Below, piece after piece: positions 30,188 to 39,003 of a stretch of 64,000 nt of DNA (its first letter is position 1; each line of letters opens with the position of its first letter). The stretch spans positions 90,361-154,360 of the IMG/VR virus record IMGVR_UViG_3300042884_001120; one strand, given 5' to 3'. Source of the DNA: a virus. The position numbers were made by a program, and so were the translations under genes. Below the pieces are notes generated by a model that saw only the letters and a list, made by a program, of their open reading frames with translations, ran no database searches and had not been told where the DNA came from.

Positions 30188-30288
30188 ATTAATTTATATT
30201 ACACTGCGAGAAAATACCTGACACCTTGTATTGTATTATACAAGATGTATTATATTATATAAAATATATTATATAAATTATAATTAGT

Positions 30289-30480
30289 ATGAAAAGTACA
30301 TTAAATAAATTTAAACTAAATGATAATATTGAGTTTTTAGAGAAAAGTACTAGAAACTGGCGTTATGGCAAGATTGTCGAAATAATTAATGAGAATAAAT
30401 ATAAAATATATAGCGGAATGGATATTTTTTGGGCCAAACAAGTTAAAAACGGCGAAAAGTTTCAGCTTGAGACATTCTAA
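30289..30480 (+). CDS. hypothetical protein (SH3/Tudor-like size)
   Basis: 63-aa ORF in AT-rich gap. Confidence 0.45.
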   Translation: MKSTLNKFKLNDNIEFLEKSTRNWRYGKIVEIINENKYKIYSGMDIFWAKQVKNGEKFQLETF

Positions 30481-30486
30481 TACTGT

Positions 30487-31917
30487 TTATATATAAATTA
30501 ACGGACTGACTATATTAACGCCATTTTGTATTATCGCCTGTGCAATACGTTCGTCGCAAGTTGATACTATCTTGCGCTTGCCGCCAACAAGTAATCCGTT
30601 GAGTAGTGGTGCTGGTGCGCCTGATGCTAGCTGTAAATTCACCAAACCTGTTAGGAATCCAGTCCATGGAACCTCTTTTGGGTTCTCGCCAAGGTGGTTT
30701 TCCCAGTTTAGTAATGTTGCCCACAGGCCGTCACCACCAGTGTTTGTGAAATATAGCGTTGCGGTGGCTTGTCCACCTATGTAATACGTGCCATTAATGT
30801 ATAGGTCTCCATTAACTGTGCCCGTGTTGTAACTTGAGTCGAAAAACGCTGCGTTTCCATTAGTAACCGTGCCACTGTTGTAGCTAGTATCGTTAAAGGT
30901 GGCGTTTCCTATTACTATTCCTCCGCTAGCGTTATAGCTAAAGTCGTTAAACGTGGCATTTCCTGAGACTGTGCCAGCAGGAAAGGAGTTAAAGCTAGTA
31001 TCGTTAAACGTGGCGTTGCCTGTTACTGTGTCGAAGTTGCGGCTAAGGCCGTTAAACGTGGCGTCTCCTGTTACTGTGCCGTTGTTACCGCTTTCTGAAT
31101 CAAATGTGGCATTTCCTGAGACTGTGCCGCCGTTGTAACTATATTCATTAAAGGTAGCGTTCCCTGAGACTGTGCCGTTGTTGTCGCCAGATTCGTTAAA
31201 TGTGGCGTCTCCTGTTACTGTGCCGCTGTTGTAGCTATCCCCGTTAAACGTGGCGTCTCCTGTTACTGTGCCGCCGTTGGCGCTATAGTCGTTAAACGTG
31301 GCATCTCCCAAGACTGTGACGTAGTTGCGGCTAAGGCCGTTAAACGTGGCGTCTCCTGTTACTGTGCCTTGGTTGAAGGCACCCCCGTTAAACGTGGCGT
31401 CTCCTGTTACTGTGCCGAGGTTGTAACCACCACTAAACGTCCATGTTGGGTTGGCGGTTGTAAATATCCAACTGGAAGGGTCATAAGTCCAACTAAGATT
31501 ACCATATGTAAATGTGACTGGAGTTTCGGAAGTAAAATTGTAAGAACCAGCACTACCAAACCTAATATCTACAAATGAACTTGCCGTAAACGTGGCATCT
31601 CCCGTTACTGTTCCATCGTTCTGGCTAAAGTCGTTAAACGTAGCGTCTCCTGAGACTGTGCCGTAGTTGCCGCTATAGTTGTTAAACGTGGCGTTTCCTA
31701 CTGCTCCAGTAAAGTTCACAGGAACGGGATTATCAACATAAATATGAGCAAGAGTTACTGACGTAGATGGGCCGCTAAACATAGGACTCGACAGATACAC
31801 AGTATCCCCATTAGCAGGGAGGGCTAACGCAGGAGTGATAAACGAGGCATCAGACCACCAGTTGCCTAGCGTGTCCCATGCATAATCTACTGCGTTGTTG
31901 TAGTAGAGGTTAGCCAT
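30487..31917 (-). CDS. beta-solenoid repeat protein (putative fibre/adhesin)
   Basis: about 16 copies of a 16-aa GTVTGDATFNxxSxNx repeat. Confidence 0.7.
   Translation of the reverse strand: MANLYYNNAVDYAWDTLGNWWSDASFITPALALPANGDTVYLSSPMFSGPSTSVTLAHIYVDNPVPVNFTGAVGNATFNNYSGNYGTVSGDATFNDFSQNDGTVTGDATFTASSFVDIRFGSAGSYNFTSETPVTFTYGNLSWTYDPSSWIFTTANPTWTFSGGYNLGTVTGDATFNGGAFNQGTVTGDATFNGLSRNYVTVLGDATFNDYSANGGTVTGDATFNGDSYNSGTVTGDATFNESGDNNGTVSGNATFNEYSYNGGTVSGNATFDSESGNNGTVTGDATFNGLSRNFDTVTGNATFNDTSFNSFPAGTVSGNATFNDFSYNASGGIVIGNATFNDTSYNSGTVTNGNAAFFDSSYNTGTVNGDLYINGTYYIGGQATATLYFTNTGGDGLWATLLNWENHLGENPKEVPWTGFLTGLVNLQLASGAPAPLLNGLLVGGKRKIVSTCDERIAQAIIQNGVNIVSPLIYI
30810..31700 (-). repeat. 48-bp coding tandem repeats
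   Basis: recurrent GTTAAACGTGGCGTCTCCTGTTACTGTGCC units. Confidence 0.85.
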
Positions 31918-32225
31918 TAGCGTCTGGTTGCGGGAAGGAATAGGTCAGATATTGCTTTAGCAGGATCCGTTCCCAGAATTTCGGATATACGAGCGTCTAC
32001 ATCCTGATCGGTAAATTGTCCGATAGCACTATATGCTTCCCCCGTCCAAAGAGTGATAGGACGATTAACCCCCTTAATAATCGCCATGGCAACCCTTGCT
32101 GTGTTATCATAAGTAACAATATAATCAATACTATCGAGGACAACTGGCGCGAAGTGTTTTATTGTTCCATCAGACTTTTTGATGGAAGGTATGCTAATCG
32201 TGATGGGTGATTCTAGAGTTATCAT
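31917..32225 (-). CDS. hypothetical protein
   Basis: 102 aa, translationally coupled to the repeat protein, preceded by GTGTAA. Confidence 0.6.
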   Translation of the reverse strand: MITLESPITISIPSIKKSDGTIKHFAPVVLDSIDYIVTYDNTARVAMAIIKGVNRPITLWTGEAYSAIGQFTDQDVDARISEILGTDPAKAISDLFLPATRR

Positions 32226-32670
32226 TATTATTATATATTATAATATAAATTTACACTAATACAGTGGACACCTCCTCATTCATCCTTGTTTTTTGTTTTT
32301 TTACCATTGAGTTAGGGTTAATATAATATTTTTATTCATATTTGGCACACGAGCGCGTAGCATTCGCGCGCGCATTTATTCGTAGCGGCGGATACTTTAG
32401 TATTTAGCCACTGAACTATTAGTTTAAACTGGTTTAAACTTTTAAACCGGTAGAAGTGGCGGTGATTTCTGAATAATGTATGTATTTTGTTGATGGAGAT
32501 TGAAATTTGACCCTACCGGCATCTTACCCGGTCTTACAAGGTCAATTTTTCGGAAAAAGGGGGGGTATGCCTATGTGTGCGTGTTGTCATACATACTCAC
32601 ACTCAAAATAAAAATGAATTAAAATAAAAAAGTTCTTGTGTTTCTACATGAATGATCCTAGTATAGACAC
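32226..32670. other. non-coding late/early strand-switch region, candidate genome terminus/packaging region
   Basis: divergence of minus-strand late and plus-strand early genes; palindromes (GTTTAAAC x2, GCGCG hairpin, TTGACC/GGTCAA). Confidence 0.4.
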
Positions 32671-32778
32671 ATGAACAATAAGAACACGCAGACGCTCGAC
32701 GAGAGGATTGCTGAAGCTAATCGCAAGGCCGCACAGATCGCCCTTGCCAACCTCAAGGCTGATCCCTTGAATCAGTAA
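32671..32778 (+). CDS. 35-aa early protein (leaderless)
   Basis: TTGTGT-17-TAGTAT-6-ATG; MNNKNTQTLDERIAEANRKAAQIALANLKADPLNQ. Confidence 0.6.
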   Translation: MNNKNTQTLDERIAEANRKAAQIALANLKADPLNQ

Positions 32779-32821
32779 TAAAAAACTTTACAACACACCA
32801 CAAAACAACAACACTACATCA

Positions 32822-33013
32822 ATGAAAACATACAAAATCGTGAGAGGTTTCTTTGAGGGAAGAAGCAAGACAATCAAGCGCGGCCTTACTCTTGAAGAGG
32901 CTCGTGAACACTGCCGGAACCAAGAGACATCTTCGCGCACTTGTTCGGAAGCTACCGCTAAGCGGCTCGGGCTAGTCGGTCGCGTGTGGTTTGATGGTTA
33001 TGAAGAGGAATAA
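32822..33013 (+). CDS. early hypothetical protein
   Basis: 63 aa, GLTLEEAREHC...WFDGY; own promoter. Confidence 0.7.
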   Translation: MKTYKIVRGFFEGRSKTIKRGLTLEEAREHCRNQETSSRTCSEATAKRLGLVGRVWFDGYEEE

Positions 33014-33054
33014 AAAACTTTACAGCACACAACAAAACAATCACACTAGAACAA

Positions 33055-33168
33055 ATGAAACACCACCTCACAACGCTCCTAATCCTCATCGACTTTATCG
33101 CCTTTGGTCTTGTCGCGCTGTTTGCGGTCGGCTCGCTTGTCCTTGCAATGGAGACTTTCTCACGCTAA
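33055..33168 (+). CDS. 37-aa membrane peptide
   Basis: MKHHLTTLLILIDFIAFGLVALFAVGSLVLAMETFSR; promoter-like sequence duplicated from the previous gene. Confidence 0.5.
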   Translation: MKHHLTTLLILIDFIAFGLVALFAVGSLVLAMETFSR

Positions 33169-33636
33169 TCTCGCTACCATGAAACGCATCGCCTTCCTTG
33201 TCTTACTTACCATAATCACCATGCTTCCCTTCGCTGCTATCTTCTACTACGCTGACCAACTCTGTAACCACTAATGGAACTTCTCTTGATTTCTTTTGTG
33301 ATTGCTGTTGCAATCTATCACAACAACGCATAGAATAAACGCATGATCCTCGCCATCTACAAACTATCACAACACTTCTTCCATCGCTCTGCATACCATG
33401 GTCGCAGGGGAAACCCTGTCAGGATGTGGGTTAGCTACTACATCAGTCAGGCATTGCTTGAGACAAAGACATTCATCCAATCACGATGAGCATTGTCACA
33501 CAACTGCAATGCAAGAAGGCGTTTGCCGAATGGTGCGCCCTGCATCGCATACCCATTAAGAAGTATCCTGCTTACGGCTTGCGCCTGTATGGTATATGGG
33601 AACGCAAATGGAATAGAAGGTATGACACTGTATAAC

Positions 33637-33807
33637 ATGAAGAAGATCATAGTAGAATCAAGATGGAAGGGTGACACCAAGTGGAGCTATCGTGCCGAGC
33701 TAGTAGGTAGCACAGAGACCAAGGCCCTGCTACAATACTATAAGCTTGTCGCACAAGATGAGCGGCTCAAGTGCAAGAATGAATATAGGGTAAGGCTAGT
33801 GGAATAG
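33637..33807 (+). CDS. early hypothetical protein
   Basis: 56 aa from MKKIIVES. Confidence 0.45.
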   Translation: MKKIIVESRWKGDTKWSYRAELVGSTETKALLQYYKLVAQDERLKCKNEYRVRLVE

Positions 33808-33981
33808 CTAAAGCCCTGAAGATCAACGACTTACGACGCCGGGCCCCGCCGGGCATACGATGCAAGACAACTGTAAGACAGTGCATATGTCAAGAGAAAA
33901 GATATTGTCATACACAAATAAAAATGTAAAAAAATAAAAGTTTTTGTTGCGTTCTGATCCGTTCTGCCCTATCTTAAAACC

Positions 33982-34191
33982 ATGAAGAACAAGACCGCCC
34001 CTCTAAACTTTGACAACGTGTGCAACATCCGCACTTACCTCGCCCTTTCGATCAAGGGGGAAATCAAGTTACGACGCGAAACTGTGACTTACTGGGGCGC
34101 ATCTAGCGCAATGGCTAAACTGCACAATCAGCGAGTGCGTGACATGGTCAGGGCATACAGGGCCGCGAAAGGAATCGAAATAAAGTTTTGA
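33982..34191 (+). CDS. early hypothetical protein (paralog of 38317..38523)
   Basis: TTGCGT-17-TATCTT-6-ATG; LNFDNVCNIRTYLALSI. Confidence 0.75.
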   Translation: MKNKTAPLNFDNVCNIRTYLALSIKGEIKLRRETVTYWGASSAMAKLHNQRVRDMVRAYRAAKGIEIKF

Positions 34192-34222
34192 CACGGCAAT
34201 ACCAAAAGACGATACTATGAAT

Positions 34223-34453
34223 ATGAAAACCGACATCACACACAACACCACCTCCGAACTCATGCTCCGCGCCGTTAACGACCGCGAGCTTTCCACCCTC
34301 GTTGAGAGGAGCTTTGAGGAGTGCGACTTGGGGATCATCAAGCGTCAACTGATGAGGGCCTTTGTTTACACAGGGGCGCAGATGACGGCCTTTGAGCAGG
34401 AATGGGCGTTGTCATACAATGACTGGTATTCGGAACATTGCCCGAACGAATAA
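34223..34453 (+). CDS. early hypothetical protein
   Basis: TTGACA at 34188, ATG 35 nt later. Confidence 0.6.
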   Translation: MKTDITHNTTSELMLRAVNDRELSTLVERSFEECDLGIIKRQLMRAFVYTGAQMTAFEQEWALSYNDWYSEHCPNE

Positions 34454-34457
34454 TCAC

Positions 34458-34589
34458 ATGAACACCGAACGCTTTGTCATACAAGTGAAAGACATCCGCA
34501 AGCGCCAACGCTTTGCGCCCTTGCAGAAGTTAATTGCTTCAAAAAAGCTCTATAAAAGGAGAGCTAAACATCGGGCCGAACGGGATTAA
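34458..34589 (+). CDS. 43-aa basic protein, ArfA-like C-terminal motif
   Basis: RQRFAPLQKLIASKKLYKRRAKHR. Confidence 0.5.
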   Translation: MNTERFVIQVKDIRKRQRFAPLQKLIASKKLYKRRAKHRAERD

Positions 34590-34771
34590 CACAAAGCCCT
34601 GATAATCAACGACTTACGAAGCCGGGCCCCGCCGGGCGCGCGTTGTCTTACAATCTCTCACTTGTTATATCATAGTTGCTCAGCCAGTGTCAAGCATTTT
34701 CTGCAAAAAAAATTTAAAAAAACAAAAAAATACCTATTGCTTTTCTCATGGGCGCATGATACATTTTAATC

Positions 34772-34990
34772 ATGAAAACGAAACTAGCACTAAACGGAAG
34801 GGAAGTTGATTCCCAGTCAATCAACATTGAAGGCGTGAATCGCGCTGACTATCCAGACTTTGCAGATGCCTTCATCGGTGAAGCGGTTTGGATGAACGAT
34901 GGAACAGCCTTGAATGACGAGGAGTTAGAGCAACTCACCGAGGAAAATGGCGAACTGGTAAACCAGTTGGCGCATGAAAACTTTTTTTAA
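34772..34990 (+). CDS. acidic early hypothetical protein
   Basis: DYPDFADAFI motif; TTGCTT-17-TACATT-6-ATG. Confidence 0.75.
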   Translation: MKTKLALNGREVDSQSINIEGVNRADYPDFADAFIGEAVWMNDGTALNDEELEQLTEENGELVNQLAHENFF

Positions 34991-35031
34991 TCTCCTGTTG
35001 ACAAAATCGCAAAAACTGAAATAATCAAATC

Positions 35032-35343
35032 ATGAACAACACGAACACCAAGGAAGCAATCAGGGAACAGGCAAAGCAGAAACTCGCCGCGCTTGTGATT
35101 GGCAAGGTCTACTCTCACGAAAACGAAACTTTCGTTTACGAGGGTGACGACCGCGCAACTCTTCGCAACATGTCGGTTTCTAGCGGTGATGTTCCGTTGC
35201 TTCGGCATGACGGAAATCTGGTGAACATGTCTGTCCTCCTTGGTCTCAAGGAGTCTTACATGAGCAGGGAGGAGTTTGATGCGTCTTACAACAACACCTC
35301 TAACGCCATGACTGAATGGTGCCACAAAAACAATCAATACTAA
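35032..35343 (+). CDS. early hypothetical protein
   Basis: 103 aa, TTGACA promoter directly upstream. Confidence 0.7.
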   Translation: MNNTNTKEAIREQAKQKLAALVIGKVYSHENETFVYEGDDRATLRNMSVSSGDVPLLRHDGNLVNMSVLLGLKESYMSREEFDASYNNTSNAMTEWCHKNNQY

Positions 35344-35612
35344 TATAATATAACATGAGCCTACATAGAATCTCACTACATATAAATTGCTTGATTAATA
35401 GGCCAAAAAATTGGCGTTTCTACATGTTAGGTATTCTCAGAGAGCTGTCTCTATAAAGTGTTGAGGATCAGGGACTTACAGTGCCCGGCCCCGCCCGGCC
35501 CGCGTTGTCATACATTCTCGCACCACGTGTTGTCAAGCGTTTTCTCCCATCCGGTCGAAATTTTTTTATAAATAATTATTGCACACAGATCCCTTTGTGG
35601 TATTCTCTAATC

Positions 35613-35750
35613 ATGGAAAACGAAATGAACCCGAAGGAACTAGCAACGGATGATCTCGCCGCCTATGCCGCCGAATATGAGGCATGGATTGACGAGATGG
35701 AAAAACTCGTCGCAGAGCATGGCAACCCTAACGCTTGGAGCTGGAAATAA
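35613..35750 (+). CDS. 45-aa acidic early protein
   Basis: TTGCAC-16-TATTCT-6-ATG; MENEMNPKELATDDL. Confidence 0.6.
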   Translation: MENEMNPKELATDDLAAYAAEYEAWIDEMEKLVAEHGNPNAWSWK

Positions 35751-35786
35751 GTTGACACGATAATAAAAATCCTTTTTAATTACTTT

Positions 35787-36152
35787 ATGAACCCAGACAC
35801 CAACAACGAGGTCGCCGCGACCCCTGCAACTATGACACCGCAAGAAATCAACCGACGAATCGCCATCGCCTGCGGGTGGAAGTTGCTTCCTAATAGCTTT
35901 CCCCCGAATAGCCGTTTATGGGAGCATCCTAGCGGGAAGAGAGCCTATGAGCCTGATGATCTCCCCAACTACCACGGCGACCTAAACGCGATGCATGAGG
36001 CGGAAAAGGTACTGTCACGCCAACAGACTGAGTGGTATGTCACAACACTATGCCTTGAGGTACAGCCAGAGCCATCGTTACACAACGCAACAGCCAGCCA
36101 ACGAGCCGAGGCTTTCCTCCGCACAATCGGACAATGGGAGGAGGTAAAATGA
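35787..36152 (+). CDS. phage ABA-sandwich-like protein
   Basis: EINRRIAIACGW...PNYHGDLNAMHEAE...AEAFL pattern. Confidence 0.55.
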   Translation: MNPDTNNEVAATPATMTPQEINRRIAIACGWKLLPNSFPPNSRLWEHPSGKRAYEPDDLPNYHGDLNAMHEAEKVLSRQQTEWYVTTLCLEVQPEPSLHNATASQRAEAFLRTIGQWEEVK

Positions 36153-36448
36153 ACCACGAAACCGACACACCGCGAACGGATACCGCTATCTGGAGGCTAA
36201 CTAAATTTGATTCCGCCCTACTTGAGCACGAAGGGGAGACTCTAAATGAGATTCACTGCGCCTCACATGATGAGGCCGAATGTCTCGTTGATCTCCTAAA
36301 CGAGAAGGAACGCGAACTCGCCGCATCCGAGGCCGAGGTTGAGAGGCTCCGTGAGGATAACCAAAAGCTACGCGCCCGCCTCAATTATGTTCAGGGGTGC
36401 GAATGCGACAACTACCTTCATCCCTACTGCAACAAACTAACAAAATGA
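36149..36448 (+). CDS. hypothetical protein (TDTPRTD...ERELAA coiled coil)
   Basis: GGAGG SD, ATGA overlap. Confidence 0.65.
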   Translation: MNHETDTPRTDTAIWRLTKFDSALLEHEGETLNEIHCASHDEAECLVDLLNEKERELAASEAEVERLREDNQKLRARLNYVQGCECDNYLHPYCNKLTK

Positions 36449-36714
36449 ACACCAACACCACAAAGCAAATCGGTATCATCGCAATCGTCGCCCTCTCCTT
36501 TGGACTGGTTGACTCACTAGCAACCTCTCTTTACTGGCGGCATCTCGCCATTAAGCACGGCGCGGCATTCTATGAAACAAATAGCTGGGGCATTCCTAGC
36601 TTCAAATGGAATGATGTCTCGTTCGCACAAGCTCCGTTTCAAGACGGCACTTACTATTCAAAGAAAATGGAAGAGGCTGAAAGCAAGCGCATCCGTTCCC
36701 TTGGTATCAAATAA
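36445..36714 (+). CDS. membrane-anchored hypothetical protein
   Basis: N-terminal TM; ATGA overlap. Confidence 0.6.
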   Translation: MNTNTTKQIGIIAIVALSFGLVDSLATSLYWRHLAIKHGAAFYETNSWGIPSFKWNDVSFAQAPFQDGTYYSKKMEEAESKRIRSLGIK

Positions 36715-36723
36715 GAAAACAAT

Positions 36724-36951
36724 ATGATTAAAAACAATTTTAATAAAATGGATTTTGATCTTATGCTTGATGCCTTTGAAGAGGCAACGGCAAATGTTCC
36801 TCGCCGTGAGATGGTAAAGAAACTTCTGCAAATACAGGTTGAGCGTGATGCGGCAATTACCTTTGGCCTTGCGTTCTGTGAGACTACAGGCAATGTCTCT
36901 GGACTGATTAACGACTTCCGCGCATTCACAAGGGCAATCGGAGAGGCTTGA
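36724..36951 (+). CDS. hypothetical protein
   Basis: 75-aa ORF in operon. Confidence 0.55.
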   Translation: MIKNNFNKMDFDLMLDAFEEATANVPRREMVKKLLQIQVERDAAITFGLAFCETTGNVSGLINDFRAFTRAIGEA

Positions 36952-36982
36952 CACTATAACCAAAAAATATTTTAATAACTAT

Positions 36983-37249
36983 ATGGAAAAAATTACCTAC
37001 CGCATTGAAATGAAAATCTCTGCTCCTCATAAGGGATGGGGGAAATGGAATCTGCTTCATGTGTCCAGAACTGAACGTGCGGCATATAATTGGTTACGCA
37101 AAAATTCAACCAATGAAGATATATGGAAGCATAATAAAGTTTTTCGTATTGAAAAGATTGAGCCTCCATTCTCTATAACCATGCACACACTTTCCAAGAA
37201 AGCGTTGCACGATGCGGTTAACAAGATTGCGCCAATATTGACCACCTAA
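36983..37249 (+). CDS. early hypothetical protein
   Basis: TTGACA at 36948, ATG 35 nt later. Confidence 0.6.
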   Translation: MEKITYRIEMKISAPHKGWGKWNLLHVSRTERAAYNWLRKNSTNEDIWKHNKVFRIEKIEPPFSITMHTLSKKALHDAVNKIAPILTT

Positions 37250-37510
37250 AGGGCTTGACGCACTAACCAAAAAATATATTCATCATAATATGAAAAACAA
37301 GAAAGTCCTTGACACCTCCTCCTAAAGCATATAGAATATACAAATTATGAACATTATAGACATCATTGCAATCAGTTTTCTTATCCCACCTTTTCTTGGC
37401 TTGGCTGTAGTTGTTCTTGATAAACTAGGCTTTTAATAATATGACCAATAGACCCAATTTAACAGAAGAAGAGAAGGAGCACTATAACCAAAAAATACTT
37501 TAATAAGATT

Positions 37511-37729
37511 ATGAAGAAAGAACTATCTGAAAAAATTGTATTACTCATGGGTGCAGTTTGTCTTGGTGGATTAATTGTATTCCTTAACGCTGTTCTGGTA
37601 GCCTTTCTCTGGAACTGGCTAATGCCCGCAATTTTCGGAATCAAGACGATTACCTATCTCCAAGCGATAGGCATTACTTGGCTTGCTCAAATACTTTTTA
37701 AGTCTAGCAATTCAAATAAAAATAGCTAA
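37511..37729 (+). CDS. two-TM membrane protein
   Basis: LWNWLMPAIFGIKTITYLQAIGI. Confidence 0.7.
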   Translation: MKKELSEKIVLLMGAVCLGGLIVFLNAVLVAFLWNWLMPAIFGIKTITYLQAIGITWLAQILFKSSNSNKNS

Positions 37730-37733
37730 TACT

Positions 37734-37907
37734 ATGACTATGACAGACCCCAACCACGACGAAAACGAACCCGAAATCTACAACGATGAGCATGAGCTTG
37801 GTCATACGCCGAGAGACACGGACGAACCACGGGAGCGTGAGCCAGACGATTATCTGGACGCATCCTATGAAGATCGTTTTGATATAGGAGGCGCATATGA
37901 ATTCTAA
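37734..37907 (+). CDS. acidic hypothetical protein
   Basis: 57 aa ending DDYLDASYEDRF. Confidence 0.5.
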   Translation: MTMTDPNHDENEPEIYNDEHELGHTPRDTDEPREREPDDYLDASYEDRFDIGGAYEF

Positions 37908-38148
37908 TCTTGACGAAATTCTTGAGCGATTAGATCCAGATGTTCTAAAAGCAGACGGCTTTGATGATGCGGTAATCGGCGTTGCTTATCGTTGCGGTTC
38001 CGGTGATGTTCTGGCATACGATGCCGAGAAAATAATTCTCAAACTAATGTTGGACGGAATGAGTCGCGAAGAGGCTGAAGAATACTTTGAATTTAACATC
38101 CTTGGCGCATATGTCGGAGAGTATACGCCAGTATTCATAAGTCGCTGA
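37897..38148 (+). CDS. conserved-type phage hypothetical protein
   Basis: ADGFDDAVIG...EEAEEYFEFNILGAYVGEYTP; GGAGG SD. Confidence 0.75.
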   Translation: MNSNLDEILERLDPDVLKADGFDDAVIGVAYRCGSGDVLAYDAEKIILKLMLDGMSREEAEEYFEFNILGAYVGEYTPVFISR

Positions 38149-38316
38149 TAATCAAAGGGTTACAGCGCCCGGCCCCGCCCGGCTAACAATGCAAGACAAT
38201 TGTCATACATCTTATATCATAGTGCGCGAATCTTGTCAAGCCTTTTCGCAAAAAAAAGTTTCGCCTAGCCGCATTTTTTTCTGGGTTTTTTTGTGAGCCC
38301 GTAGTATTCTTTAATC

Positions 38317-38523
38317 ATGAAAAAGAAAGCATCCCTCAACTTCAACAATGTCTGCAACATTCGCACCTTCCTCGCGATTTCAATTCAGAACGAAATCAAG
38401 AGCCGTCGCGAAGCGGTGAAATACTGGGGCGCGACTAGCGGACTGGTGAAGCTACAGAACAACCGCATCCGCGACATGATCGGCGCATACAGGGCATCAC
38501 AAAGCATCGAAATCGTCTCTTGA
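38317..38523 (+). CDS. early hypothetical protein (paralog of 33982..34191)
   Basis: LNFNNVCNIRTFLAISI; TATTCT-6-ATG. Confidence 0.75.
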   Translation: MKKKASLNFNNVCNIRTFLAISIQNEIKSRREAVKYWGATSGLVKLQNNRIRDMIGAYRASQSIEIVS

Positions 38524-38594
38524 CACCACGCACAAAAATTGTAAAAATAGAATCACACTAAACCAACACAACACAAACCCCAAAAAAAACAACA

Positions 38595-38864
38595 ATGAAA
38601 ACTGCAACCCGTATCAGCCTCATGTTCACCAAAATCGCTTACAAGCTCGGCCTTGCCAAGTCTTACAAGATTGTCTATGCCGCAGAGAAGAATGGTTTCG
38701 AGCCTCGCGAGTATATGATCTCGCGCCCGTTCGGTAAGTTCTTCTACAAGGAGGACACCAAGGACAAACCCGCTGGCGAGGGAATCACCTGCTATGTCCC
38801 TGCTGTGGATGACATCCGTAGGTTCCGCTTGGATCGTATCGTTAGGTTTGAACTGATCGCCTAG
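38595..38864 (+). CDS. WYL/Sm-like small protein
   Basis: C-terminal IRRFRLDRIV resembles the WYL-domain signature. Confidence 0.5.
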   Translation: MKTATRISLMFTKIAYKLGLAKSYKIVYAAEKNGFEPREYMISRPFGKFFYKEDTKDKPAGEGITCYVPAVDDIRRFRLDRIVRFELIA

Positions 38865-39003
38865 AAGGTTTTGCTCGACTAGGGGACAAAGGGCTTCATG
38901 CCCTGTTTCCAAACTCCAATGACAATCAAGAAATTGGTTGCAATCTGTAAATATATGGAGCTAGGAACTACCCTAGTCGGGCTTCCATCATAACAAAATA
39001 AAA

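Noticed and set aside
28256-31917. Diversity-generating retroelement targeting fibre genes
   Set aside because: No reverse transcriptase and no TR/VR pair with adenine-specific differences seen in the window
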